DNA of 64,000 nucleotides from an uncultured Oscillospiraceae bacterium (GCA_964645785.1 CAZYAV010000006.1:1327-65326); one strand, 5' to 3'. Shown: positions 7,448-15,909, numbered from the stretch's first letter. The notes: generated by a model not told the origin, from the sequence alone. Translations and numbers: made by a program.

Positions 7448-8803
7448 ATGGAACCTAAATTCGCCTGGCTGGAAGAATTCAATATTGGCGTCCCATCCAT
7501 CGACAAAGAGCATCAGCTGCTGTTCAAGATCATCAACAAAATGTTTGCCCTCAAGGAAGAGGACAAAAACAATCAGTGGATCTGTCAGGAGGGGATTAAA
7601 TACTTTAAAACCCATGCTGTCAAGCATTTTGAGGATGAAGAAGCCTATATGGTTTCGGTCGGGTATGCAGGTCTTGCGGCGCATCAACTTGTGCATAAAG
7701 GGTTCCGCGAATATACGCTCCCGGCGCTCGAACACGAGCTGGAAGCAACCGCGTATTCCCCCGAATCGATCGACCATTTCCTCGGCGTCTGCGCCGGTTG
7801 GCTCATCGGCCACACCCTCACCGAGGATCTCGCCATCACCGGGCATTCGGTGCGCAAATGGGAAAAGCTGCTCCCCGGCGAAGAGCAGACCGTGCTTAAA
7901 AAAGTACTGCTGGAGCAGGTCTTTGAAATGTTCCATCTTGAATCGCACCTGATCAGCGACTCCTACAGCGGCGAGCAGTTTGGAAGCGGCGTCTATTACC
8001 GCCTTGTTTTCGGCTGTGACGGCCGGCAGGAAAAGCTGGAAGTGTACATGGTGCTGGAAGATCGCCTTCTCATCAACACGGTCGGCAAAATCGTCGGTAT
8101 CCAAACCAACAAGCTCGACAGTGTCCTCATCCACGCCGCCAGATACACAACCCGCCAGTTTGTCTCCCGTGTTATTGAACATTTCCCCGCTATCCAAAGC
8201 TACGAGTTGAAAGAGGAAAATCTGCTCTCCTACGAGCAGTTCCGGGAATCTTTCAAGCGCGAGACTTTCCAGTCCAGCCTGCTCTTTGACACCGGGGACG
8301 GGTATTTCGCTTTCTGCGCCATTGCGCCGCACCTGCTCGATACCGGCATCGGCACCCCGATTGAGGCCGGCAACGCCACGTCCGAAATCAAAAACTATCT
8401 CGCCAACCGTGAAGAAAACCCGGCCAATCAAAAGCGCAAAATTCTCATTGTCGATGATTCTGCTACCATCCGGCAGGGGATGCAGACCCTGCTGAGCGAC
8501 GCATACGATATCTCGCTTGCGGATTCGGCAGCCGCCGCCATCCGCACCGCCTCCATCAACCGCCCGGATCTCATCCTGCTCGACTATGAGATGCCGGTCT
8601 GCGACGGCCGGCAGACCCTCGAGATGCTCCGCTCGGTGCCCGAGCTCTCCGCCATCCCCGTCATCTTCCTCACCGGCCGCCGGGATCCCGAAACGATGAT
8701 CCAGGTGATGCCGCTCAAGCCGGAGGGCTATCTGCTCAAGGGCGCCGATTCCGCAAAGCTCAAGCAGGAAATTGACGCTTTCTTTGAAAAAGCCAAGGGC
8801 TGA
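7448..8803 (+). CDS. hemerythrin-like domain / CheX-CheC-like middle domain / response-regulator receiver fusion protein
   Basis: Subset of ORF 7283..8803. The ATG at 7448 is preceded by AAAGGAGGA. N-terminus: the bacteriohemerythrin ligand pattern is intact (IDKEHQ, HAVKHFEDEE, HQLVH, WLIGHTLTED). C-terminus: canonical receiver (KILIVDDS...DLILLDYEMPVCDG...IFLTG...YLLKG). The middle ~170 aa resemble CheX-type phosphatase domains, a weaker call. Confidence 0.8.
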   Translation: MEPKFAWLEEFNIGVPSIDKEHQLLFKIINKMFALKEEDKNNQWICQEGIKYFKTHAVKHFEDEEAYMVSVGYAGLAAHQLVHKGFREYTLPALEHELEATAYSPESIDHFLGVCAGWLIGHTLTEDLAITGHSVRKWEKLLPGEEQTVLKKVLLEQVFEMFHLESHLISDSYSGEQFGSGVYYRLVFGCDGRQEKLEVYMVLEDRLLINTVGKIVGIQTNKLDSVLIHAARYTTRQFVSRVIEHFPAIQSYELKEENLLSYEQFRESFKRETFQSSLLFDTGDGYFAFCAIAPHLLDTGIGTPIEAGNATSEIKNYLANREENPANQKRKILIVDDSATIRQGMQTLLSDAYDISLADSAAAAIRTASINRPDLILLDYEMPVCDGRQTLEMLRSVPELSAIPVIFLTGRRDPETMIQVMPLKPEGYLLKGADSAKLKQEIDAFFEKAKG

Positions 8804-8831
8804 TCCGCCCCCGCGCAACAGGACACAAACA

Positions 8832-8868
8832 GGGCAGGGAAAACCGCAGCGGTTTTCCCTGCCCTTTC
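8832..8868 (+). terminator. intrinsic terminator
   Basis: 16-bp stem GGGCAGGGAAAACCGC / GCGGTTTTCCCTGCCC followed by TTTC. Confidence 0.7.
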
Positions 8869-8998
8869 GCGCGCCCACTCCCCGTCAGAAAAACCGGCGA
8901 GGTGTCTTGCGGCTCATGCGGCACATAGTCTATCTCACCGCCTGCCGAAACGCTTCGCCGGCGGCCGCCCCGGCGAAGCGTCCTTTCCGTTCTCCGTC

Positions 8999-9027
8999 TT
9001 GACATCCCGCCGCGCGCATTATATAAT
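8999..9027 (+). promoter_or_regulatory. consensus sigma-A promoter
   Basis: Perfect TTGACA (8999-9004), 17-nt spacer, perfect TATAAT (9022-9027). The nearest downstream + strand gene starts at 9384. Confidence 0.6.
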
Positions 9028-9052
9028 CCATTTATATAAATTATTTATATAA
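9019..9052 (+). promoter_or_regulatory. operator-like array: three copies of the palindromic octamer TTATATAA at 13-bp phasing
   Basis: Copies start at 9019, 9032 and 9045. The first overlaps the -10 hexamer. Confidence 0.4.
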
Positions 9053-9272
9053 CACGGCGAATCCGCTCTTTCCATGTTCCTAAGCCGCAGACGAACGGCC
9101 GGCGTCGTCCAACGCGCATTGGCACGCATCCACCGCTTTAATGAAAATCGAGCGCGTGCGGGTTTTCGGGCAGGTTGTTTCGCTGTCGTGGGCGTGTATG
9201 GCTTAGTTCCCGCCAATTGATCCCCGCATGAATTTTATGCGCAAAAATTAGCTTCCCTTTGTATCTCTTTCA

Positions 9273-9323
9273 GGAACCGTGCGCGCGCTGCCGGCGGATG
9301 CCGGGGGGATTGGCGCGCACTTC
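9273..9323 (+). repeat. 51-nt structured intergenic element, copy 1
   Basis: 51/51 identical to the reverse complement of 25478..25528. Nested hairpin: outer stem GTGCGCGC/GCGCGCAC, inner stem CCGGC-GGAT-GCCGG. Flanks are also similar for about 20 nt on each side. Confidence 0.85.
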
Positions 9324-9383
9324 GGGCTCATTCACGAATTTTGTCGACAAAAATTCAGGCAAAAAACTGGCCGGGAGGTATCC

Positions 9384-9956
9384 ATGCCAAAGCAGCGCAT
9401 CACAAAAGAGATGGTGGTCGACGCCGCGTTCGAGCTCGCGCGTCAGGGCGGGCTCGAGCAGGTGATGGTCAAGGCTATCGCGGAAAAAATCGGCTGCTCG
9501 GTTCAGCCCATCTACAGCTACTGCAAGAACATGGCCGGGCTGAAGCAGGCCGTGTCCGACCGCGCCGTCCGGTTCGTCCGCGCCTATATCGGCGACCGGC
9601 TCGACCCCGCCGACCCGTTTCGCAGCACCGGGCGCGCCTATATCCAGCTTGCCCGGCAGGAGCCGCACCTGTTCCGCCTCTTCGCCTTTCACCGCCGGGA
9701 GGGTGTCCGCACAATGAGCGACCTGTACAAAACCGACGCCGGCGCGCAGATACCGGATTTTCTGTCCCGCGCCCTCTCCCTCTCCCCGGCGCAGGCAAGG
9801 CAGCTGCACATGCACATGCTTGTCTACACTGTCGGCCTCGGCACCGTTCTCAGCGTCAGCTCGCCCGGTATTCCCTGCGACGAAATTCTCGCCCGGCAGG
9901 AGCAGGCCTATCAAATCTTTTTCGCCCACGCAAAGGAGCATTCCCATGACGAATAA
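9384..9956 (+). CDS. TetR/AcrR family transcriptional regulator
   Basis: Subset of ORF 9279..9956. The ATG at 9384 is preceded by GGGAGG. N-terminal HTH: ITKEMVVDAAFELARQGGLEQVMVKAIAEKIGCSVQPIYSYC. Confidence 0.85.
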   Translation: MPKQRITKEMVVDAAFELARQGGLEQVMVKAIAEKIGCSVQPIYSYCKNMAGLKQAVSDRAVRFVRAYIGDRLDPADPFRSTGRAYIQLARQEPHLFRLFAFHRREGVRTMSDLYKTDAGAQIPDFLSRALSLSPAQARQLHMHMLVYTVGLGTVLSVSSPGIPCDEILARQEQAYQIFFAHAKEHSHDE

Positions 9957-10512
9957 AACCGTTGTCTGCTACAAAAGCACAACCGGCTTCACCGAGCGTT
10001 ACGCAAAGCTGATTGCGGATTCCCTGGATTGCAGGCTTCTGCCGCTTTCCGCTCTGTGCCGGGAGCCCGCCGCCTTCGACCTCCTGATCTTTGGCGGCCG
10101 GTGCTGCGCCGGCAGGATTGACGGCCTGAAAAAGGCCAAGGCACTCGCCGCACGGGCGGGCGCCGGGCTCGTTGTGTTCGCAACCGGCGCAATGCCCGAA
10201 CAGGCCGTGCAGGAAATTGACAGGCTCTGGTCAACCAATCTCACCCCGGACGAGCAGCGCAGCGTTCCACATTTTTACCTGCCGGGCGGCCTGTGCTATG
10301 AAAAGCTGCCGCCCCATGAGCGCCTGATGATGCAGGCGTTCGCCGCCATGATGAAGCGCAGGGCGGGCGGCAAATCCGCCTCCCCAGCGGACACGGCTTT
10401 GGCGCAGATGCTCGGCGCCTCCTACGACCTCTTCTGCCCCCAGGCCGTCGAGCCCCTTCTCGCGGCTCTCGGCGCCGAATCCTCCCGCGGGGGAAGCGCC
10501 CGCCGCCCGTGA
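9946..10512 (+). CDS. flavodoxin-like domain protein
   Basis: Subset of ORF 9820..10512. The ATG at 9946 overlaps the TetR gene end. The N-terminus MTNKTVVCYKSTTGFTERYAKLIA is typical of the flavodoxin/HemG-like fold. Confidence 0.7.
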   Translation: MTNKTVVCYKSTTGFTERYAKLIADSLDCRLLPLSALCREPAAFDLLIFGGRCCAGRIDGLKKAKALAARAGAGLVVFATGAMPEQAVQEIDRLWSTNLTPDEQRSVPHFYLPGGLCYEKLPPHERLMMQAFAAMMKRRAGGKSASPADTALAQMLGASYDLFCPQAVEPLLAALGAESSRGGSARRP

Positions 10513-10679
10513 ACCCGCTCCGTCTCCGTTTTCTGCGCGCGCCCGGCGCGGAGCCTGCCAAACGCGTACCAAAAACGGGGACATCCCTGCGCCCCGTCTT
10601 TCCTGCCCGCTTATCCGGCCTGCTGCTGTGCGTTCCGAGCCTATGCTGTACACCAGCCGTTTGCAGGGTTATATAGAAA

Positions 10680-10718
10680 AAGCCGGCATCCCGGGAGATC
10701 CCCGGAATACCGGCTTTT
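10680..10718. terminator. bidirectional hairpin terminator downstream of the tRNA pair
   Basis: AAAAAGCCGG...CCGGCTTTTT hairpin flanked by A-run and T-run. Confidence 0.6.
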
Positions 10719-10794
10719 TGGCTGGGCCGGCTGGATTTGAACCAGCGGGATGACGGAGTCAAAGTCCGTTGCCTTACCCCTTGGCTACGGCCCA
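10719..10794 (-). tRNA. tRNA-Gln (UUG)
   Basis: 76 nt. 7-bp acceptor stem TGGGCCG/CGGCCCA, anticodon stem ACGGA/TCCGT with loop CTTTGAC, T-arm GGTTCAAATCC, encoded CCA. Confidence 0.9.
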
Positions 10795-10869
10795 ATCTCA
10801 AAATAAAAGCAATCGCCCGACCGTCATGAGCCAAACAACAGGCTCCTGCCGGCTCGGGCGACGCAAAAG

Positions 10870-10945
10870 TGGGGTGGATGACGGGACTCGAACCCACAAC
10901 AACCAGAACCACAATCTGGCGCTCTACCATTGAACTACATCCACC
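10870..10945 (-). tRNA. tRNA-His (GUG)
   Basis: 76 nt. Extra 5' G(-1) opposite C73, anticodon stem CCAGA/TCTGG with loop TTGTGGT, T-arm GGTTCGAGTCC, encoded CCA. Confidence 0.9.
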
Positions 10946-10966
10946 ATAAAAAAGAGAGCTTATATT

Positions 10967-10995
10967 ATAATAGCCGACTTACCCCCGGTTGTCAA
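10967..10995 (-). promoter_or_regulatory. promoter of the tRNA-His/tRNA-Gln unit
   Basis: On the minus strand: TTGACA (10995-10990), 17-nt spacer, TATTAT (10972-10967), about 20 nt upstream of tRNA-His. Confidence 0.6.
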
Positions 10996-11193
10996 GTGCT
11001 TTTTCCCGAATAACAGGAACGATCCGCGGGGATTCCGCTGCCGTCTGCAAAAAGGAACCGAACGGCGGCGAACAGAGCCAGCCCACTGCGGCAAAGCCGC
11101 CAAAGGCCGGAGCCGAAAGGCAGGCGTTCCCCTGTTCGCCCCGGCTGCAATCACCTGAAGCCGCCCTGTCCCCCGCCGCTTCCTGGGCGGGGC

Positions 11194-11991
11194 TCATTTC
11201 CAGCGCGGCGCAATCTCGTCAATCGACTCAATCCGCTTCAGTCCCAGCGCGCGGATTGTCTTAAGCGCACACGCCCAGTCCTCGTCCCGCTCAAGCGCCT
11301 GCGGGCGGTGCGCGTCATACCCGATGATGCACGCGCACCCGCAATCCGCCGCAATTTTCCAGAACGCGTCGTGCGGATAGCACTCCGCCTTGCCCCTGTC
11401 CTGCCCGATTTGGTAGCCGCCGATGTTGAATTCAAGCGGAATGCGCAGCCGCGCCGCTTTCTCGCAGATTTTGCGGCTGATTCGCTCGCAGTCCCCGTCA
11501 AACGACGGATACGCGCGCATAAACAGATCCGGGTGCGCGAGATAGAGGAACCGCTCATATTCCATCCCGCGCAGCACCGTCTCCAGATAATAGTCAAGGT
11601 GCTCCCTGTCCTTGACCGAATGCCCAAAATACTCCGCGTCGAGCGCGCTCGTCGGGAAATGGCATCCGAAAATCAAATACAGCTCCTTTTCCCGCGCCGT
11701 GTCGGTCAGCCAGGGCATGAATTCCGCATAATACTCGCACTCCAGCCCAAGCCGGATATCAATTTTGCCCTTAAACCTGTCCTTAAGGCTTAAAATCCGG
11801 TAAACATACCCCTCAAACTGGCTGATGTCCATGCGCACCTGCGGCTTATATTCCCCCCTGTACGGCCACGGCGTGTGATCCGAAAATCCCAGCGTGTCCA
11901 TATCCGCCGCAATCGCGCTCAGCACATAGGCCTCGTCCGTCCCGGTCGCGTGGCCGCATCGGTATGTGTGCGTGTGGAAATTGTTTTTCAT
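11194..11991 (-). CDS. PHP-family histidinol-phosphatase
   Basis: Subset of ORF 11194..12120. The ATG at 11991 is preceded by GGGGGAGAAG. The N-terminus MKNNFHTHTYRCGHATG...GFSDHTP is the PHP HisJ/HisK signature. Confidence 0.8.
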   Translation of the reverse strand: MKNNFHTHTYRCGHATGTDEAYVLSAIAADMDTLGFSDHTPWPYRGEYKPQVRMDISQFEGYVYRILSLKDRFKGKIDIRLGLECEYYAEFMPWLTDTAREKELYLIFGCHFPTSALDAEYFGHSVKDREHLDYYLETVLRGMEYERFLYLAHPDLFMRAYPSFDGDCERISRKICEKAARLRIPLEFNIGGYQIGQDRGKAECYPHDAFWKIAADCGCACIIGYDAHRPQALERDEDWACALKTIRALGLKRIESIDEIAPRWK

Positions 11992-12789
11992 CTTCTCCCC
12001 CGCCTTTCCCTTCTCCTGACGTATCCCGCAAATCGAACCCGCAGCCGCAAAAGCACTGCCGGCCGCCGCGTTTTCAGCCGCCCCCACAGGCAAACGGTGC
12101 ATAAAGGGCGCGCCCTGCATCCGTCGGGGCAGCCGTTTCGGGTGCGACCGTTTTGCTCTCCCGCTGTGCCGGGCAGCAGGCCGCCTTTAAACGGCAATCC
12201 GGCTTTCCCGCCATCCCCGAACCGGATTGGCGCGCAAAGCCCTGCGGGTCACATCGAGCTTCGCTCGCCGTCCGGTTCGCCGCCGCGCCCGGCAGCTTGT
12301 CCGCAGGTGCCGGCTCGCGTAATGCCCAGCCGGGCGCCCTCATCCCGGCTCGGCCTTCGGCGCCAGCTCACCCAGCCCGTCCGGCCGGGTCTGTGCGCCG
12401 CCGCCTTCCCCTGCCCGGGCACTTCTCCTTTACAGCCGCCACATAAGTATATTTTTATTATAGTGTTTTTCCCCGCGCAGCGCAACGGAAAATCTGCCGC
12501 CCCTTTTTCGGGGCATCGGCGGTGTGGCCTCCCGGCCGAGGGAGCCCACCGCCAAAGGCCGCCAGCCCAAGCGCCGTTTTCCACACAGGCTCCACGCCCC
12601 ATGAATCGGCCGCTCTGCACCTGTTGCCCGTGCTCTCCTGTATCAGCGATGCCCCGCGTGCTGTTTTCGCCGTTTCTGCCGCATCCGGCGCATTCCGCTC
12701 CATCCGCAGCTTTAAAAGGGAGCCCGCCGGCTTGCAGCACACAAGCCCGCGCACAGAGCACAAGATTGGCCGTTCCGCGCCTGTTTTTC

Positions 12790-12864
12790 CCGGTCTCCGG
12801 ATTCCCGCAGCTCGTCCGGAACCCTCCTGCCCGCCCCGACGCCCTGGTCGCCCCTTCAAGCTCC
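12790..12864. repeat. imperfect direct repeat, copy 1, inside a 1.2-kb G+C-rich non-coding spacer
   Basis: CCGGTCTCCGGATTCCCGCAGCTCGTCCGGAACCCTCCTGCCCGCC... recurs at 12942..13017 with scattered mismatches. Confidence 0.7.
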
Positions 12865-12941
12865 GTCCCCGCGAGCCCCATGGCCACGCTGCGCCCGCTC
12901 GCCCCTGCAAACTCTACCGCGCCGCGCCCCACCCCATTGTC

Positions 12942-13017
12942 CCGGTCTCCGAATCCCCATGGCTCGTCCGGAACCCTCCTGCCTGCCCGGCGCCCTCCGC
13001 TCGCCCCTGCAAGCTCC
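12942..13017. repeat. imperfect direct repeat, copy 2
   Basis: See 12790..12864. A second shorter pair (AATCGGCCGCTCTGCACCTGTTGC at about 12603 and AATCGCTCTGCACCCGTTGC at about 13078) occurs in the same spacer. Confidence 0.7.
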
Positions 13018-13220
13018 ACATTCGCACCGTGCCTGTTCTCCTGCCCATTCCCCTGTGTCTGCGCCGACCCGCACCCTCAATCGCTCTGCACCCGTTGCTC
13101 CACGCTTTCCTGTCCTCCGCACCGCCCTGCCCGCCGCTTCTGCCGCTCTCCTACCCGGCGCTCCTCAGCGCGGCGATTGCCTGTCTCGCCCAAATCCGGG
13201 CGCAGCGTTCCGCCCCGCAC

Positions 13221-13268
13221 AAAAAAGCCGCGCAGCCACCCCGGTTTTGGGCGGCCGCGCGGCTTTTT
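13221..13268. terminator. bidirectional intrinsic terminator after the aminopeptidase gene
   Basis: AAAAAAGCCGCGC...GCGCGGCTTTTT. Confidence 0.7.
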
Positions 13269-13278
13269 CCCGTCTCGC

Positions 13279-14394
13279 TTATTTCAAATTTTCCGGGTTC
13301 AGGCATTTCAGCTCATCCAGAACAAACAGCCCGTCCTTGCGGATCAGCACATCGTCAAAATAGATCTCGCCGCCGCCAAATTCCGGCGTCTGCTGGCAGA
13401 TCAGATCCCAGTGCACCGCGCTGTGGTTGCCGTTTTCGGACGCGTCGTAGCAGTTACCCGGCGTGAGGTGGAAGCTGCCCGCCATCTTTTCGTCGAACAG
13501 GATATCGCCGAACGGCCGCACGCAGTAGGGATTGACGCCGAACGCAAACTCGCCGATATAGCTCGCCCCCTCGTCAATCTGGAACACCTTCATCATCCGC
13601 TCGGTGTCGTTGGACGAGCCGTCCACAATCTTGCCGTCCTTAAAGGTCAGCTTGACGTCGGTGTACATAAACCCGTCGTTGGGGGACGGGCAGTTGTAGC
13701 TGATAACCCCGTTGACCGAGTCGCGCACCGGCGCCGTGAAAATTTCGCCGTCCGGGATATTCATATTGCCCGACATGCCGACCGACGGGATCCCCTTGAT
13801 GGAAAAGGTGATGTCCGTGCCCGGGCCGGTGATGTGCACCTTGTCCGTTTTGTCCATCAGCGCGATGAGCGACTTCATCGCCTCGCCCATCCTGTCGTAG
13901 TCGACCAGGCAGGCGTTGAGATAAAAGTCCTCGAATTCCTCCGTGCTCATGCCCGCCAGCTGCGCCATCGCGTGGTTGGGATACCGCAGCACCGACCATT
14001 TTGTGTGGTTGCAGCGCCGGTCAAGGTGAATCGGCCCCCAGTAATTGCGCCGGTAAACCGAAAGCTGCGCGTCGCTCAGCCGGTTCCACTGGTTGATATT
14101 CTCCGACGCGCGCACGTCGATGTACGCGTCCATATCCTTCATCCGGGTCAGCTCATAGGACGCGATCTCCGCGCAGTGCTCGTCGTCCGCGCCGCCGAAC
14201 AGCGCCGCCTCCACCTCATAATCAAAAATGTGCGCAAACGGCTTGCCGCCCGCGTTGTACGCCTCCTGCACAAGCATCTTCAAAAAGGCGGTCTCCGATC
14301 CGTGCATCTCAATCAGAATCTTTTCGCCGGGCTTCAGATACACCGCGTGGTTGATGAGAAATTTCGCAAATTTGCGGAGTCTTGGATCCTCCAT
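13279..14394 (-). CDS. M29 family aminopeptidase (AmpS/PepS type)
   Basis: 371 aa. MEDPRLRKFAKFLINHAVYLKPGEKILIE... and the overall sequence are typical of thermophilic metalloprotease family M29. Confidence 0.85.
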   Translation of the reverse strand: MEDPRLRKFAKFLINHAVYLKPGEKILIEMHGSETAFLKMLVQEAYNAGGKPFAHIFDYEVEAALFGGADDEHCAEIASYELTRMKDMDAYIDVRASENINQWNRLSDAQLSVYRRNYWGPIHLDRRCNHTKWSVLRYPNHAMAQLAGMSTEEFEDFYLNACLVDYDRMGEAMKSLIALMDKTDKVHITGPGTDITFSIKGIPSVGMSGNMNIPDGEIFTAPVRDSVNGVISYNCPSPNDGFMYTDVKLTFKDGKIVDGSSNDTERMMKVFQIDEGASYIGEFAFGVNPYCVRPFGDILFDEKMAGSFHLTPGNCYDASENGNHSAVHWDLICQQTPEFGGGEIYFDDVLIRKDGLFVLDELKCLNPENLK

Positions 14395-14468
14395 GCCTGG
14401 TCATTCCCCTTTCTTTTCCAAAAAGGAGGATGGGAAGCCCACCCTCCTTTTTTTGTGTTCGGTCTGTC

Positions 14469-15872
14469 TTATTTTTTGTAAAGCACGTCGATGTCGTTGC
14501 TCGAATCCTTGTTTTTCGTGAACGCGGAAACCAGCACGATCATCAGCACCGAGGCCGGAACCGCAATCAGCGCGCTCTCGATGCCGAGCGGCTTGGCCAG
14601 GATGATATTCCACAGAATCGTCACCACCGCGCCGGTCAGGATGCCCGCGATACCGCCCGCTCTTGTGACCTTTTTCGAGAACAGCGCAAACAGGAACGCC
14701 GGCGTGATCGCCGCGCCGTACATGCCGTAAGCGGTGAGCTGCAGCGTAATGATGGACGGGAAGAAGAGAGAGCACGCAACCGCCAGCAGCCCCAGCACAA
14801 CAACCGTTACCCGCAGGAAGCTCATCTTCTGCTTGTCGGTGGCGTCCTTTTTGATAAACTTGCCCCACACATCGTAGGTCAGGTTGGTCGAGGTCGAAAG
14901 CAGGAAGCTGTCCGCCGTGGTGATAATAAAGGACACACAGGCCGCCAGCACAAGCGCGCCCATCAGGAACGGCAGGAAGCCGATTGCCAGCTCAAAGATG
15001 ACGTTGGAAGCAATCTCCAGGTTGGGCAGCAGCACGATACCGATGGTGGACAGGATGATAATCAGCGCGCAGACAACAACCTCCGCGATAAACATGCCGA
15101 TATTGGATTTCTTCGCCTCGTCCGAGTCCTTCGCGGACGCAAACCGTTGCATCATGTTCTGGTCGCCCAGCATCAGCGAGATGGTCGGCACCATGTACCC
15201 CGCAATCTGGTACCAGGTCAGGCCGCCGAAGCCCTTCTTGACCTCGGGCAGCGCCGCAACCATGCTGCCCCAGCCGCCGGCCGCCGAAACCAGAAGCGGA
15301 ATCGCCAGCAAAAAGCCGCCGACCATAACCAGCGCGCCGATCGCGTCGGAATACGCAACCGTCACCATGCCGCCCGTGACGGTCAGCAGGATGATAAACA
15401 CCGTCGCAATAAGGGTCGCGACATTGACGTCCATGCCGGTCGTCAGCGCAACGATATTGCCGGCCGCCTTAACCTGGGTCGCTACAATGCCGACATAGGC
15501 CAGCATAATGCAGATTGCGGAAAGCACCCGCGCCGTGACGCCATAGCGCGCCTCAAAAATCTCCGGCAGGGTCAGCTTCTCGGTCTTGCGCATTTTCCCC
15601 GCGATAAAATACAGCAGGATAATGCCGATCGGCGCGCCCAAAAAGTGCAGGACGCCGACCCACGGGCCGTAATTGTAAATCACGCTCGCGCTGCCGGTGA
15701 TGCCGCCGCCGCCGCACCAGGTCGCCAGCAGGGTGCCGACCAGAATAATCATGGGCAGCCGCCTGCCCGCAACCACAAAGTCCTCCGTATTTTTGACCTT
15801 CCTTCTGCTGATGAAAAAGCCGTACACAATCAGCAGCAGCAGGTAGCCGCCGATGACCAGCATATAACCCAT
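14469..15872 (-). CDS. sodium:solute symporter (SSS) family transporter
   Basis: 467 aa, about 13 hydrophobic segments, SSS-type N-terminus (FFISRRKVKNTEDFVVAGRRLP). Substrate not inferable. Confidence 0.85.
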   Translation of the reverse strand: MGYMLVIGGYLLLLIVYGFFISRRKVKNTEDFVVAGRRLPMIILVGTLLATWCGGGGITGSASVIYNYGPWVGVLHFLGAPIGIILLYFIAGKMRKTEKLTLPEIFEARYGVTARVLSAICIMLAYVGIVATQVKAAGNIVALTTGMDVNVATLIATVFIILLTVTGGMVTVAYSDAIGALVMVGGFLLAIPLLVSAAGGWGSMVAALPEVKKGFGGLTWYQIAGYMVPTISLMLGDQNMMQRFASAKDSDEAKKSNIGMFIAEVVVCALIIILSTIGIVLLPNLEIASNVIFELAIGFLPFLMGALVLAACVSFIITTADSFLLSTSTNLTYDVWGKFIKKDATDKQKMSFLRVTVVVLGLLAVACSLFFPSIITLQLTAYGMYGAAITPAFLFALFSKKVTRAGGIAGILTGAVVTILWNIILAKPLGIESALIAVPASVLMIVLVSAFTKNKDSSNDIDVLYKK

Positions 15873-15909
15873 AAATTTATCCTCCTCAAGAATAAAAACT
15901 ATGATGCAT

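Noticed and set aside
9019-9216. 65-aa minus-strand ORF in the TetR upstream region
   Set aside because: Highly basic low-complexity product with no RBS. It runs antisense through the consensus promoter and its octamer array, so it is more likely non-coding.
11992-12480. T-box or other riboswitch leader upstream of the histidinol phosphatase gene; likewise 15940-16843 upstream of azlCD
   Set aside because: I could not find the conserved T-box sequence (AGGGTGGNACCGCG-like), a specifier/GA-motif arrangement, or any riboswitch core I recognise. This needs a covariance-model scan before any claim.
12790-13017. CRISPR array in the G+C-rich spacer
   Set aside because: There are only two imperfect ~75-bp copies, far longer than CRISPR repeats, with no regular repeat-spacer periodicity and no cas genes in the window.
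11875-14481. 868-aa + strand ORF, together with similar long ORFs: 1526..3010 (+), 609..1646 (+), 5640..6956 (-), 7409..8878 (-), 14382..15911 (+), 18051..19634 (+), 28024..29643 (+), 28256..29605 (-), 32924..34363 (-), 35526..36914 (-), 40466..41716 (-), 43708..44895 (-), 48219..49220 (+), 56380..57429 (+), 58350..59723 (+), 59656..61353 (+)
   Set aside because: All are antisense to, or out of frame with, genes that have clear family signatures. Their products are Arg/Pro/Gly/Ala/His-rich low-complexity strings, they lack RBS, and stop-free shadow frames are expected in high-G+C DNA.
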